This document shows, piece by piece, positions 30,702-44,301 of a stretch of DNA of 64,000 bases. Below the pieces are notes generated by a model. The model had not been told where the DNA came from. It was given only the letters and a program-made list of their open reading frames with translations, and made no database searches. Source of the stretch: the human T2T-CHM13v2.0 reference genome, Homo sapiens; assembly GCF_009914755.1 (NCBI RefSeq), contig NC_060929.1; one strand, 5' to 3'. The translations under genes and the position numbers were made by a program. Numbering within the stretch: the first letter of the stretch is position 1; every line of letters starts with the position of its first letter.

Positions 30702-33700
30702 GTAATGTTCCATTAAATTTCCCCCCAGGACTTACATTATAATATGAGTTCTTTTTTTTTGGAATTGTTACTGTGGAAACTTAATGCCTCAAGGTCACCC
30801 GTAATAGTCTTCAAGGCCTATTTGTACGAGGGTGGTGGATACACTGCTGAAACAGTACCCCAGAGTAGAGATCCAAACTTGGAACCCAGACAACATTCAC
30901 TCATACATACACCAGAGAACCCTCTTTAGTGCCTGAGAAATATTGAAGAGTATTGACAATTGCCAGGAGCATGACAGGTTCTTAAGAGCCTATGGACTTG
31001 GGCATAACATGGTCCTGGCTCTCAAGGAGCTCACAGTCTGATGGAAACAATGACTTAAAAGAATGCTCCTAAATGTCTTGAGATGTACAGAGAATGCCTA
31101 TGCAAGTTGTGAATGCAGAAGGCAACTTCTGGATATGGATGGAAGAAAATGTGAAGAACAGTAGATACCTGAACAGAGCCTCAAACTATGTTTGCAACTT
31201 GGATGAGGGCAAAATGGAGACATCTTTTTCATTTTCGTCTACCTTAATGAGCACTGCATATAATGTGAGGTCAATCGATATTTGATAAGTGAGGGAAAAG
31301 ATGAATGAGGGATTAAACTTTTCATTTTGATTCACATTTGCATCACTGTATTCCTTCCCTTTAGAAGTATTAGCACCTTAAGCTTTTGTCTAATTCATAA
31401 ATTTTAAATTTTATTTCTTCTTTGTAAAAAAGTCTGTCATGAGTTGACTGTTGAGAAAGATATTTTGAGGGCAGCTCTACCTTCAAGAGACCCGGGGACC
31501 AGAATGTGAAGCTTGTCAGAGGCTACTGCCCCAGAAAATATCTGCAGAATTTGTCCAGGATTTATACCCTGGTCTCATAAAGCTCAGTTCTGGAATTTTC
31601 TTCTGCAGAAATTTACCTGCAGGATAAGTCTGCCTCATGCCCATAAATCCATAAACAATAATAAATGCGCTCACTTTTACTTATTTTCTTTAAAAAATAT
31701 TTATTAATCACCTATGCTGTGCCCTAAGATACACTATTGAGGAAAGCAGTTATATTCCTTTTCCTCATGAACCTTGCAGATAACCAAAAAAGGAAGAAAC
31801 CAACTATGATTTATGGTAAATTTTATAAATACAAGAAATAAAATGGTATGATAGAGAATATCTGTTGAGTGTAGAGATAACTACTATAAACAATGGGTTC
31901 AGGCAAGGTTTGTCTGTCATGGGGATATCTAAGGTGAGACTTGAAGGATAAAAAGTAGCCACCCAGGTGAAGAGGGGGGAGAAAGACCTTACCTACCTGG
32001 GTCACTAATTGAAGCCCTGTGTGACTGGAGCACAGACAGGGAAGAAAAGTGGCGGATGCTACAGTGAGAGCAGCAGGTGGGATTCTCACCTGAAGAATGC
32101 ATAACTTCCTCCAAAGAGAGAGAGAGAGAAAAGAAGCTATATTTATAGACAACAATATAAACTGTTCTTACTCTTGTCTTTGATAACTGTATATTCTTTC
32201 AGATTCAACTATTTTATATCTCATTTATTCATTTGGCAAATGTTTATATAGCAATGACTAATGCCAATATATGTGCTGGGCACATAATGACTAGCCTAAT
32301 CAGACACAAATCTTTCCCTTCTGGGCTTATACTCCTTTGGGGGTGTGGGATTAGTTAAATAATTAAACAAATGCGTTGTTACAAACTGATTAAAAGTATA
32401 AAAATAAATAACAGAGAGTTGTGACCGTATTTTAATAAATAGTTCTCAGAAAGTGGGTTATAACCTGAGCTCTAAAGTTAGAATGAGTTTAGGTTGAGAA
32501 AAAATATATTTGGTGGGGTGGTTATGACACACGTCAGAAGACCTTGAGGTGAGGGAAAGATAAAGAATTTATAAAAAAGAAAAGCAAACTAACGAACTTA
32601 CTAAAAGGGCAGAAAGCAAGGTAGTATCAGGTAAGGGCGGAAGATTTGGGAGGTTCCAGGTCACATAGGGACTTTTAGCCCATATTAAGAAATACTTTTT
32701 TATAATGTGCAATGAGGTTCGACGAAAGGACCTTAATCAAGGAAATAAAATGATTCAATAGAAGTTTAAAATATGAAACTTCAGGAAATAAGGAATAAAG
32801 GAAATGGAGGGATTAGTTGGGTAACGATGGTGGCCTGGCCATGATGGTGGTGTTGAATAAAAAAAGAGGGAAGAGGAATTTCTAAGTTAAAACATGACCC
32901 CCTTCTTTCCAAATTCCTAGCCAAAACTTTCTCCTACTTTGTGCGTGAGGTATTTTATCTGTACCAATCTCATGACACTTATGGAGTCCCTGAGAACACT
33001 AGCCTCAAGCTTCATAATCCCAGAGTCACTACTTCAATTCATCACCAGCACCAGCATTGTCCAGAGGAGAACTTCCCCCTGAAAACAAACATCCCTGAGT
33101 CCGGGTCCCTGAGGAGACATGTCCCTTCCTTTGTTTTCGATTTTTTTCTACAGTGTCAGGGCATTAGTCTTAGTGATCTTGCACTTTACAACTTTGAAAT
33201 AGGAAAGTTAATTCCCTCACACTTTGGCTGAATTACTTATTAGTGGGGATGACCTGAGCTTTGCACATTCCTGTCATTGCTCCTTGCACAAAATTTACAA
33301 AATGATTGGGCTAAGAGCTCCAATCTGATGCCATGGGGAAAATTTTTCTCTCTGTGAAATGCACTCACTCATATAGGAATCAAAGCTGAAAGCATTGCGT
33401 TATAAGATTTCAGTATCTAATCACTGATTTATGTCACATAAATCCAAAAATCTAAACACTGTCTCAGCTAGAAGATCCAAACTTTGCAATTACATCATCA
33501 TTGTAGTTCAGAGTTTCAAACACATAAGGGGGTGAAGATATTTAAGAGAAAGCAAAACTACAATTTTTCTTAAAATAAAAAAATAGTCAATTCCCTTTAC
33601 ACTCTGGATCTTAGTTTTTCCAAATATAAAACCAGGTTTTAGATAGATAATTTTAAAAGTATTTGTTTAGTTCTGACATTGTATTACTAAATGCAATGTT

Positions 33701-33720
33701 TATTCTGATTCTTCCTTTAG

Positions 33721-33766
33721 GAAATCTCATGGAAGAATCAGGTTTTACCATGATGGAAAATGTTAG
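33721..33766 (+). CDS. SPINK14: SPINK14 last coding exon KSHGRIRFYHDGKC* (out of frame on this haplotype because the preceding Kazal exon is absent)
   Basis: cttcctttag|g aaa tct cat gga aga atc agg ttt tac cat gat gga aaa tgt tag; phase-2 start, Kazal Cys6. Confidence 0.92.
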
Positions 33767-33956
33767 CTGAGTGGACTTGAATGTGGAAGATATCTTCTTT
33801 TTTCCATGTCTCCAATCTCCCTCTTGTGCTTTTTACATCTCCTTGCATTTGTTCTTCATGACAAAGAGCTATCACTACTGAGCTTGTAGCAGATTGTTCA
33901 AAGTTCCTTCCATGGACCTCTCCCCTCACTGACTGATTGCCTTCCATAGTCTCCCT

Positions 33957-33962
33957 AATAAA
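33957..33962 (+). terminator. Probable SPINK14 polyadenylation signal AATAAA
   Basis: First AATAAA after the stop codon, ~190 nt downstream. Confidence 0.6.
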
Positions 33963-36036
33963 TACACTTTTATGAAAGTCTGATTTGACTTGGGTCTCAG
34001 ATCTGTGTCTAAAAATCTCAGAAGCAGAAGAAATTCAGAATTTCAGTCATGGGTCAAAGGCAACTATTGGGATTAACCAGCTCTCTAATGCTAATAACAC
34101 TGAATTAATCTATGTCAAGCCTCCAGATTGTCTTCCGAAGAACACGACAGAAATTTCTTCCATATTCCTTTGGCATTAAAAAAAAAAGTAATGGAACTAT
34201 AGGACATTGTACTCTGCTTGTAGGATTCCTGTTGCCTAACTTCTGCAAACTTATCATTAAACATCCTCCCTTTTGGATTCAGCCTCGAGACAGAGGTATT
34301 TACACATGTGCAGCTTTGATCAGCAGGGCCCCACATTCTCACCAGATCTATTTTGCCTAGAAGAACACCTACATTGTTGGTATCCATTAATGTCCCATTG
34401 GTCATTAGCCTTTTTCTTAAATTCTCTGGACACATTTTAACCCCTAAAACATATAGGGACACCTTTTTCTCTCTTATACTTCATATGTATTTTTTACTTC
34501 TATATGTACAGCAGACTAATAGTATGCACTAATATGCTCTCTTCCTTTCAGAACTTTGCTTCCTACTGGCTTGGGAAAGAGCATCTATTCTGCCTCTTAC
34601 TACCTTGCAAGGCTGTGGTCAGAGTGTGTACATGTTCTGTTACATCTTTGATCTTACCTCCTATGCTGATCACATGGTGAATACATGGCTCCAGTGAGAA
34701 GGAAACAATCACTTTTCATGTATCATCTTTAGAATTAATATCTCTGGGAAAAACCAGATATTCTCTAGCTTTATAGCATGCCAATTTCCATTGCTCCAAG
34801 TCCTGGGCTATGCAAGAACACCAAGAACTTCAGGGATCCTGGGAGGATTGTTTTTTAACATTATTGCTGTATCTTTGTTGACAAATCTTTTCTTCTGCAA
34901 TAATTAATTTGCCATTAATGTCATCAAGTGAATTCTTAAAAATCTTAAATAGGCACTATTAATAGCCTTGCATGAGATCTGAGCTCTGTTATCTCTAATC
35001 CTCTCTAATGACTCTTTCTTTGCTTTGGGTAGTTTCTTCACACACGAGCACCAATTGTTAATCTTCTGATCCCTTTATCCAGCTCTCCTGTGCAGTAGTC
35101 CTGCAGGCACCAGCCAGTTTAGTCTCTATTTCCTTTCAGCTCTGTATCCTCAACTCGTAATTGCTTCATTGAGATTCCTCTTTCCTATTCCTAGAATCTC
35201 TTACAATGCAAAAACCAAGGCCAACTACAGACTTTAATTTATTTATTTTCCATCTGTCAGGAATCTGTCCTTCAGTGCCTCGTGTCCTAGTGTCATGTTT
35301 ACATATTTGTCTGACTATTTTTGTTGTTTCAGGTAGGAGAATATATCTTATCTGGTTTTCCTTGCATCCTATTGTTTGAAAGTAGAAGTTGACTTTATCT
35401 TTTATCGTGCCATTGTACTTACGTTTTATACTTCTTTTTCCTATGATACCTCCTAAAGTCTACACTAGAATACGTTGTCATTATTCTACTTTTTGCAAGA
35501 ATTCCAATGGACAAGATTTGTGCTCTATAATACTACAAATCTTTTTAGTAGATAAGAAAGCACTGACTTAAACTGTCAATGGGTAACAGTAAAAAGATCA
35601 GTAAAAATAATTTTTTTTCTGTCATTTGATAGTAGGCATTCCCAAAGATGTAAAGGAGATCAGCATGCATCTAAATGCAAGATGGTCTCCTTCCAGTGCA
35701 ACCCCTAAGGATAATTTTCACAGGTCTCTTATGACTGCTAACATGAAAGGAACTTCCCCCTTTTGCGGTCCTAGCTCTGATAGTCACTGCCTGTGTTCTC
35801 ATTCTTTCTCTCTCTCTCTCCCTCTGCCTTTGGCAGGTGATTTCAAATTCCTCCCTCTGATTCCCTGTATATTTTATGCTTTGGTAATTGATTAGCCCCA
35901 GGTTTTAGTTATTGCCATCTTCCACCCACCCTGCTTCCTCTGCATGACAAACCCACTCACATCTGTATTACTCTGTTGCCTATATACATATAACTCACTT
36001 ACCCACATCATGAGACTGTGCCCATATTCTTAGCAT

Positions 36037-36143
36037 CAGACACTGGACATCTTTATATATACACACACACATATATATATATACACACATATATATATAT
36101 ACACACATATATATATATATACACATATATATATATATACACA

Positions 36144-36183
<40 letters not shown>

Positions 36184-37377
36184 CACATATATATTCCATT
36201 TAATGACTTTGGACATGCGCATACAACCTTGAAACCATCGTCACAATCAAGGCAGTAGACATATCTGTCACCTCTAAAAATTTTCCTGTGACTCTTTGTT
36301 TTTGTTAATGCTGCTGTTGTTGTTGTTGTAAGAAAAATTAATGAGATCTACCCTCAATAAATTTTGAAGTGCACAACACCGTATTGTTAACTATGGGCAC
36401 TATGTTGTATAGTAGATCTTCAGAACTTATTCTTACATAATCAAAATTTTAAAACCATGAACAACAACTCCCCATTTCTCCCTCCCCCCAGTCCCTGGAA
36501 ACTATTATTTTATTCTCTGCTTCCATGAATTTGACTATTTTATTTTATTTTATTTGTTTTACTTTAAGTTCTGGGATACACATGCAGAATGTGCAGGTTT
36601 GTTACATAGGCATACATGTGTCATGGTGGTTTGCTGCACCTATCAACCCATCGTCTAGATTTTAAGACCTGCATGCATTAGGTGTTTGTCCTAATGCTCT
36701 CCCTCCCCTTGCCTCTCATCCCACAACCACCCCAGTGTGTGTTGTTCCTCTCCCCATGTCCATATGTTCTCATTGTTCAACTCCCACTTATGAGTGAGAA
36801 CATACGGTGCTTGACTTTCTGTTTCTGTGTTAGTTTGCTGAAGATGATGGCTTCCAGCTTCATCCACTTCCCTTCAAATGGCATGATCGAATTCATTTTT
36901 ATGGCTGCATAGTATTCCATGGTATATGTACCACATTTTCTTTATCCAGTCTATCACTGATGGGCATTTGGGTTCGTTCCATGACTTTGCTATTGTAAAT
37001 AGTGCTGCAGTAAACATACATGTGCATGTGTCTTTATAGTAGAATGATTTATAGTCCTTTGGGTGTATACCCAGTAATGGGATTGCTGGGTCAAAGGGTA
37101 TTTCTGGTTCTAGATCCTTGAGGAATCACCATACCATCTTTCACAATGGTTGAACTAATTTACATTCCCACCAACAGTGTAAGAGTTTCTATTTCTCCAC
37201 TGCTTCACCAGCATCTATTGTTTCCTGACTTTTTAATAATCACCATTCTGACTGGCATGAGATGGTGTTTCCTTGTGGTTTAGAATTGCGTTTCTCTAAT
37301 GATCAGTACTTATGAGCATTTTTCATGTTTGTTGGCCTCATAAATATCTTCTTTGTGAAGCAGACACTGGACATCTT
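36037..37377 (-). mobile_element. 5'-truncated L1PA8-like element (~36540-37360) with ~480 bp of extra 3' sequence, all inside a 17-bp TSD
   Basis: TSD cagacactggacatctt at 36037-36053 and 37361-37377 encloses a (TA/CA)n repeat, an old L1M 3'-end fragment (~36195-36540) and the L1PA 3'UTR/ORF2 end. Confidence 0.88.
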
Positions 37378-38359
37378 AATTTCACTGGCTCTTGTGGAAT
37401 CTTGAAGGTCAATCTATCTAATATGGATCCTATGCTTTTCTAAATTTGCTTTACACATGTTTTGATGTAATGAAAATTAATGCTATCACTCTCTCTAAGC
37501 CCTTTTTCACTCAAACTCAATTTTAATATACTATAAATATATATTCCTTATATCAGCTTACATATTGATCAAACTCATGAACATTTATTTAATTCAAGTC
37601 ATCTTGTTTTAATGTTATTTTACTATTCATCTTAACTGTTATCTCAGGTTCCATTCTATTCTTCTGACCATAATTTTCCATTTAAATATTATCTGTTAAA
37701 AATCACTATCCTTGGTTAGTTATAATAGAAACAAACATCTTAGTATGACATACAAGACACTTTATTTCATCTGTGAAAGACACTCTCGAAGCCCAAGTTG
37801 AACTATAATGAACTCTTGTAGGACTTGTAGCAAACCCTATTTGCCCATAAGGTGGCAGTAAAGCATTGCTCTTTAGACCAACAACTTTGACAATACTTTT
37901 GGCCAACTTGTCATATAACAATATGATTTTGGGGAAATTGCTAGATCTCTATGAGCTGCAGATTTCTTATCATCTAACATGGTAATATCCTTCTCCCCAG
38001 GAAGATGAAAGCTCCTAACATACTCAGCCTTGACGTTTATTCAGGTGTCACATTGGATGAGAGTATTGGGAAATGTTTCTAACTAATGGAATATTTGTAA
38101 CTAACGAATGGACTAAATATTACTCTTCTAATCCTATGGAGTTTTTTTCTTTCTGATTAGCTTATTTTTACCCTGAGAAAGTTAATTCAGAGAGACAGAC
38201 TTGTGTAAACTGTTTTCCATGTATTTTCCAAGCAAAAATTTGGAATGAGTTAGATATGGGCCCTATGTAGGCTTCCAGAAAGTCATTGTTATTTGAAATA
38301 ACAATGAAAACAACATGACAAATCTAAGCCACAGTTAATTTTCTTTAATATAAAATTCA

Positions 38360-40630
38360 TTGATTTATTTTTATTATTATTTTCAACAAATCATAATTGT
38401 GTACACTTACGGGGTGTAATGTGATGTTTTGTTATATGTATACAAAGTGGAATGATTAAATCCATCTAATTCACATATCCATCACTTCACTTATTTTTTG
38501 TGGTGTGACATTGCAAATTTACTTTCTTAGCTATTTTTAAATAGGCAACATGTTTTTATTAACTATAGTCATCCTTCTGTGCAGTAGATTTTATAAGCCT
38601 ATTATTTTGTGTAACTGAAACTTCGTACAATTTGATAAACACCTCCTCATTCCTTCCTCCCCACCCCCACTTCTAGCTTCTGGTAACCAGCATACTACTC
38701 TCTACTTCTACTTCTATGAACTTGATCTCTTTTAACATTCTGCATTTAAGTGTGAGTATGTGGTGAAAGTGGGCATCTCTGTCCTATTCCATATCTCAGA
38801 GGAGAAGCTTTCAGCTTTTCACCATTAAGTATGATGTTAGCTGTGGGCTTGGCATATATGCCATAACTGTGTTTAGGTACATTTCTTCTATGCTAACTGT
38901 ATTTAGGTACAGTTTTTTTCTTTGCCTGGCTTATTTCACTTTACATAATGTTCTCCAATTCTGTACATATTGCTGCAAATGACAGAGTTTCTTTCTTTTT
39001 AAAAGATGAATAGTATTCCATTGTATATCACACTTGGAAATATATCACATTTTCTTCATCCATTCATTTGTTGATGGACATATAGATTGTTTACATATTT
39101 TTTCTATTGCAGACAATGCTGTAATGAATACAGCATGCAGATACCTCTTCCACGTGTTGACTTGAATTCCTTTGGGTATATACCCAGAGTGGGATTGCTG
39201 GATCATATAGTAGTTCCATTTTTAGTTTTTTGAGGAACCTCCATCCTGTTTTCCATAATGACTGTACTAATTTACATTCCCAATAAGAGTGTACAAAGGT
39301 TCTGTTTTCTTCACCTCCTTGCCAGCACTTCTTATCTTTCATTGTTATAATAGCCATTCTAACAGGTGTGAAGTCATATCTTATTCTGGTTTTAATTTGC
39401 ATTTCCCTAATTATTAGTGATGTAGAGCATTTAAAAATAAACATGTTTGCAATTTGTATGCCTTCTTTTGAGAAATGTCTGTTCAGGTCCTTTGCCAATT
39501 TTTAATTAGATTATTTGTTTTCTTGCTATTTAGTTGCTTGAATTCCTTATGTATTTTGGAATACTAAACCTTTGTTAGATGCATGGTTTGTGAATATTTT
39601 TTTTCCCCACTCTGTGGGTTGTCTCTTTACTCTATTTTTTCCTTGGCTGTGCAGAAATTTTCAGATTTGATGCAATCTCGTTTGTATTAATACTTTTGCT
39701 TTTGTTGCCTTTGTTTAGAGTTCAGATAAAAAAAATCATTGCTCATACCAATGTTATAAAGCTCTTCCCCTGTTTCTTTCTAGTTTTACGGTTTCAAGAC
39801 TTACATATAAATCTTTAATTCATTTTGAGTTCATTTTTATATATAGTATGAGATAAGAAACCAATTTTATTTTTCATCAGGCAAATATTCTATTTTCCCA
39901 GCACCATTTATTGAAGAGACTCTCCTTTTCCTTTCTCCATTGTATGTTTTTAAATTTTATTTCAAAAATCAATTAGATAAAAATGTGTGGGTTTATTTTT
40001 GATCTGTCTATTCTGTTCCATTGGTTGATGTATCTGTTTTTATGCCAGTTCCATGCTGTCTTTATAGCATGGTGCTGGCATAAAATAGCTTTATAACATA
40101 TCTTGAAGTCAGGTAGTATGATGTCTCCAGCTTCATTCTTTTTGCTCAGTATACTTTGGATTTTCACGGTCTTTTGTGGCTCCATACGAGTTTAAGAGTT
40201 GTTTTCTCTGTTTCTATATAAAAAGACTGGAATTTTTATATTGAATGTTTAGATCATTCTGGGTTGTATAAACATTTTCACAATATTAATTCTTCCAATC
40301 CATGAACACAGATATTTCTCTATTTTTTCTTCAATTTGTTTCGTCACTGTTTTATAGTTTTTTGTATATAAATCTTTCACCTCCTTGATTAAATTTACAC
40401 CTAAGTGTTTTCTTTTTTGGTTGCTATTGTGGATGGGATTAAAAAATTTTTTTGGATAGTTCATTATTAGTTTATAAATACTAATTTTTGTATGTTGATT
40501 TTGTATGCTGCCACTCTACTAAATTTGTTTATCTTTTCTAGTAGTTTTCTTTGTGGCATCTTTAGGGTTTTCTATATACGAGATCATACCGTCCACACAC
40601 AGAGACAATTTCAGTTTTTCATTTCCAAAA
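38360..40630 (-). mobile_element. L1MA-type LINE-1, 3' end and ORF2 part
   Basis: - strand ORFs 39091..39498, 39973..40185 and 40249..40464 are decayed ORF2; L1MA-like 3'UTR from ~38370. Confidence 0.85.
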
Positions 40631-41460
40631 GTTTTCATTTAATTTCAACAAATAAAATGATTTTTGTTCTATGGTAACTTTGTTTTCATTTTATGTGTGT
40701 ATGTGTGTATTATGTGTAAACATTTGTGTGTGTGTGTGGCAATAATAGCTAAAATCTACTAATTTAGCATGAATCCCAATGTAGTAATGGGTAATTTTAT
40801 TACCCGTAGTTCTCATGTTGTATATTAGATCTCTAGACTTATTTATCCTACATATGGGCTATTTTTTAAAATATTTTGACCTACATCTCTGTATTTTCAT
40901 ACCCTTCCACACCAAACTTACCCCTGATAAACACTGTTTTGTTCTCTATTTCTGTGTATTTGAATTATTTTGAGTATCACATATAAATGAGATCAGGCAA
41001 TACTTTTATTTTTGGGTCTGGCTTATTTCACTTAGCATAATGTCCTCCAGACTCATTCATTTTGTGGCAAATGGCAAGACTTCATTTGTTTTAAGGGCTG
41101 AATAATATTCTATACATTCATACGTGTGCCACAGTGATTTTAATCCAGTCATCCATCAATGAACACTTAGGTTCTTCACATATCTTGGCTATTGTGAATA
41201 AGGTTGCAATGAACATGAAAGTGCAGATATCTTTACAAGGTCATGATTTCTTCCTTTTTGGATATATACTCAGAAGAGGGACTGCTGGGTTACATGGTAG
41301 TTCTATTTTTAATTTCTTTTGGAACTCCGGTACAGTTTTCCACAATGGCCTGTTAATCTACAGTCCCATCAACAATGTTTCAGGGCTCCCTTTTCTCCAT
41401 ACCCTTGCCAAAACTTGTTACTTCTTGTATTTTTGACTATATATATAGATATATGCACAA

Positions 41461-41507
<47 letters not shown>

Positions 41508-41515
41508 TATATATA

Positions 41516-41812
41516 TTTGAGATGGGATCTCACTCTGTCACCCAGGCTCCCAGGCTGAAGTGCAGTGCAGTGACACAATCATGGCTCATTGCAGCCTCCA
41601 CCTCCTTGGGCTCAGGTGATCCTCCTACCTCAGCCTCCCAGGTAGTAGGGACTACAGGCGTATGCTACCACAGCCTGCTAATTTTTGTATATTTTGTAGA
41701 GACGGGATCTCACCATGTTGCCCAGGCTGGCTAGAACCCCTGGGCTCAAGCGATCTGCCCGCCTCAGCCTCCAAAACTGTTAAGATTATAGGCAGGAGCC
41801 AATGCACATGGT
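41516..41812 (-). mobile_element. AluJ with (TA)n(CA)n-converted tail
   Basis: AluJ-type ctgggctcaagcgatc and gcagcctccacctccttgggctcagg. Confidence 0.9.
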
Positions 41813-42500
41813 CCCTTTATATATTTTGGATATTAATTTTTTATCAGATATGTGGTTTACAAATACTTTCTCTGAATACGTAGGTTCTTATTCATTTTGT
41901 TTATTGTTTCCTTTGCTGTGAAGAAGCTTTTTAGTTTGAGGTAGCCCAACTTGTATCAATTTTTTCTTTTTCCTTTTGGTATGATATCCAAAAAATCATT
42001 GCCAAGGCCAACGTTAAAGAGCTTTTCCTCTATGTTTTCTTCTAAGAGCTTTGGGGTTTCAGGCCTTATACTTGGAAGGTATTACAATAGATCCCTCAAA
42101 AATAGAATGGATAATAAGGGACAATAGAGAAAATAATTTCTTAGAAAATACAGCCTACAAAGATTGAGTCAGAAAAAGTAGAAAGTCTGAAAAGTTCAAT
42201 AACAAATAAGGAGACTGAAGTGGTAATTAAAACCTCCCAATGAAGAAAAGCTCAGGACAAGATGGCTTTGTAGCTAAATTTTACCAAATATTAAAGCAGA
42301 ATTAATACCAATCTTTCTTAAATTTTTCCTAAAATAGAACTAAGGAAATACTCCCAAACTCATTATATGAGTCCTGGTATCACCAGCTCGATATACCAAA
42401 GTCAAAGATACCACAATAAAAAAAAATGACAAGCGATTCTCTGACGAACATTGATTCAAAAATTCTCAATAAAATATTGTCAAAAGGGATTCAACAACAT

Positions 42501-42791
<291 letters not shown>

Positions 42792-44064
42792 GTACATTAT
42801 GACCAAGTGGGATTTATCCTTGGCAAGCAAGCCTGGTTTACCATACACAAATCAATCACTGTAACACGTCACATTAACAGAATAGAAGATAAAAACTTCT
42901 TTACCATCTCAATTGATGCAGCAAAAGCATTTCACAAAGTTGAACATTATTTATTGATTCAAAGCTCTCTATAGTTTAGGTATAGAAGGAAAGTTCCTCC
43001 ACATACTAAAAACCATCTTTGAGAAAACCACAGCTAACGTTATAATCAATGGGGAATAACTAAGCTTTTCCTCTAGGATCCAGTACCAGGCAAGGATGCC
43101 CACTCTCGTCACTTTGGTTCAAACACATTACAGTACTGGAAATACTACAAAGAGTAATCAGACTAGAACAAAAAAGAAAAAGGCATACAAATCAAAAAAT
43201 AAAAAAGTAAAGTTATTTCTAATGGCAAATGACAAGATTCTAAATGTAGAAAACCCAAATACTCCACAAAAAAGCAGTTAGAACGAATCAATGAATTTAG
43301 TAAAATTACTAGATACAAAATTGACATACAAAAATTAATTGCATATCTGTACACAAATCATAACCTATATGAAAAATAAATGAAGAGAACAATCCCATTT
43401 TCAAAAGCATAAAAAATACTTAGCAAGAAATTTAAGCAAAAATGTGAAAGATTATACACTGTAAACTACAAAACATTGATGAAAAAAAGTGAAGACACAA
43501 ATAAATAAAAAGATACCCCTTGCTCATGGATTAGAAGAATATTGTTAAAATGTTTGTAATACCCAAAACAATATACAGAATTAACACAGTTTCTATAAAA
43601 ATTCCAATGAAATTCTTCACAGAAATAGAAAAAAAAATCCTAAAATTTGTCTGGAACCACGAATCGTCAAAGTAATTCTGAGAAAGAAAAATAAAGAGGT
43701 GTAACACTTTCTTATTTAAAGTTATGTTAAAAGGCTATAGTGATCAAAAGAGTGTGTAGAACAGGCTTAAAAACAGAAACATTTCAATGGAGCCAAATAG
43801 GAAGCTGAGAATCAAAAGGTCATGAGAGGGAAAGGATAATCTCTTTAGTAGATAGGGCTGGAAAAACCGGATTTCCTCATGAAAAGAATAAGGTTGAACC
43901 CTTATCTTAGACCATACACAAAAATCAAACAAAAATGGGTATATTCAAGATTTTCCACATTTTGTGATCTAATAGACATCCATACTATTTGTGTAAGACC
44001 TTTGAAATCAGGCTTCGGCAAACAATGATTTATGATTTCTTCTTACTTAAAAATATTTCTGGTT

Positions 44065-44301
44065 CAGTGTACCTTATATGAAATATTTGGGATGAGAAGT
44101 GTTTGGGAATTTGGGTTTAGTTTTTTGGATTTGGGAATATTTTCAGAAAACCCAGCGGTTGAGCATCCTTAATCCAAAAATCTGTGATCTGAAATGCTCC
44201 AGTGAGCATTTTCTTTTGAGCTCCATGTTGGGGCTCAAAAAGCTCCAGATTTTAGATCATTTTGCATTTCAGATTTTTCATATTATGCACGCTCAACCTG
44301 T
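44065..44301 (-). mobile_element. Tigger4a/MER46-type DNA transposon
   Basis: ggttgagcatccttaatccaaaaatc ... gaaatgctcca ... ctcaacctg followed by TA. Confidence 0.8.

Noticed and set aside
31513-31707. ORF containing ICRICPGFIPW, superficially like the missing SPINK14 exon (CPG motif)
   Set aside because: No CGT/CGS, Y-x-N-x-C-x-x-C motif, correct Cys spacing or matching splice phases; chance similarity.
34115-34462. 115-aa minus-strand ORF downstream of SPINK14
   Set aside because: No recognisable family or exon signals; length within chance expectation.
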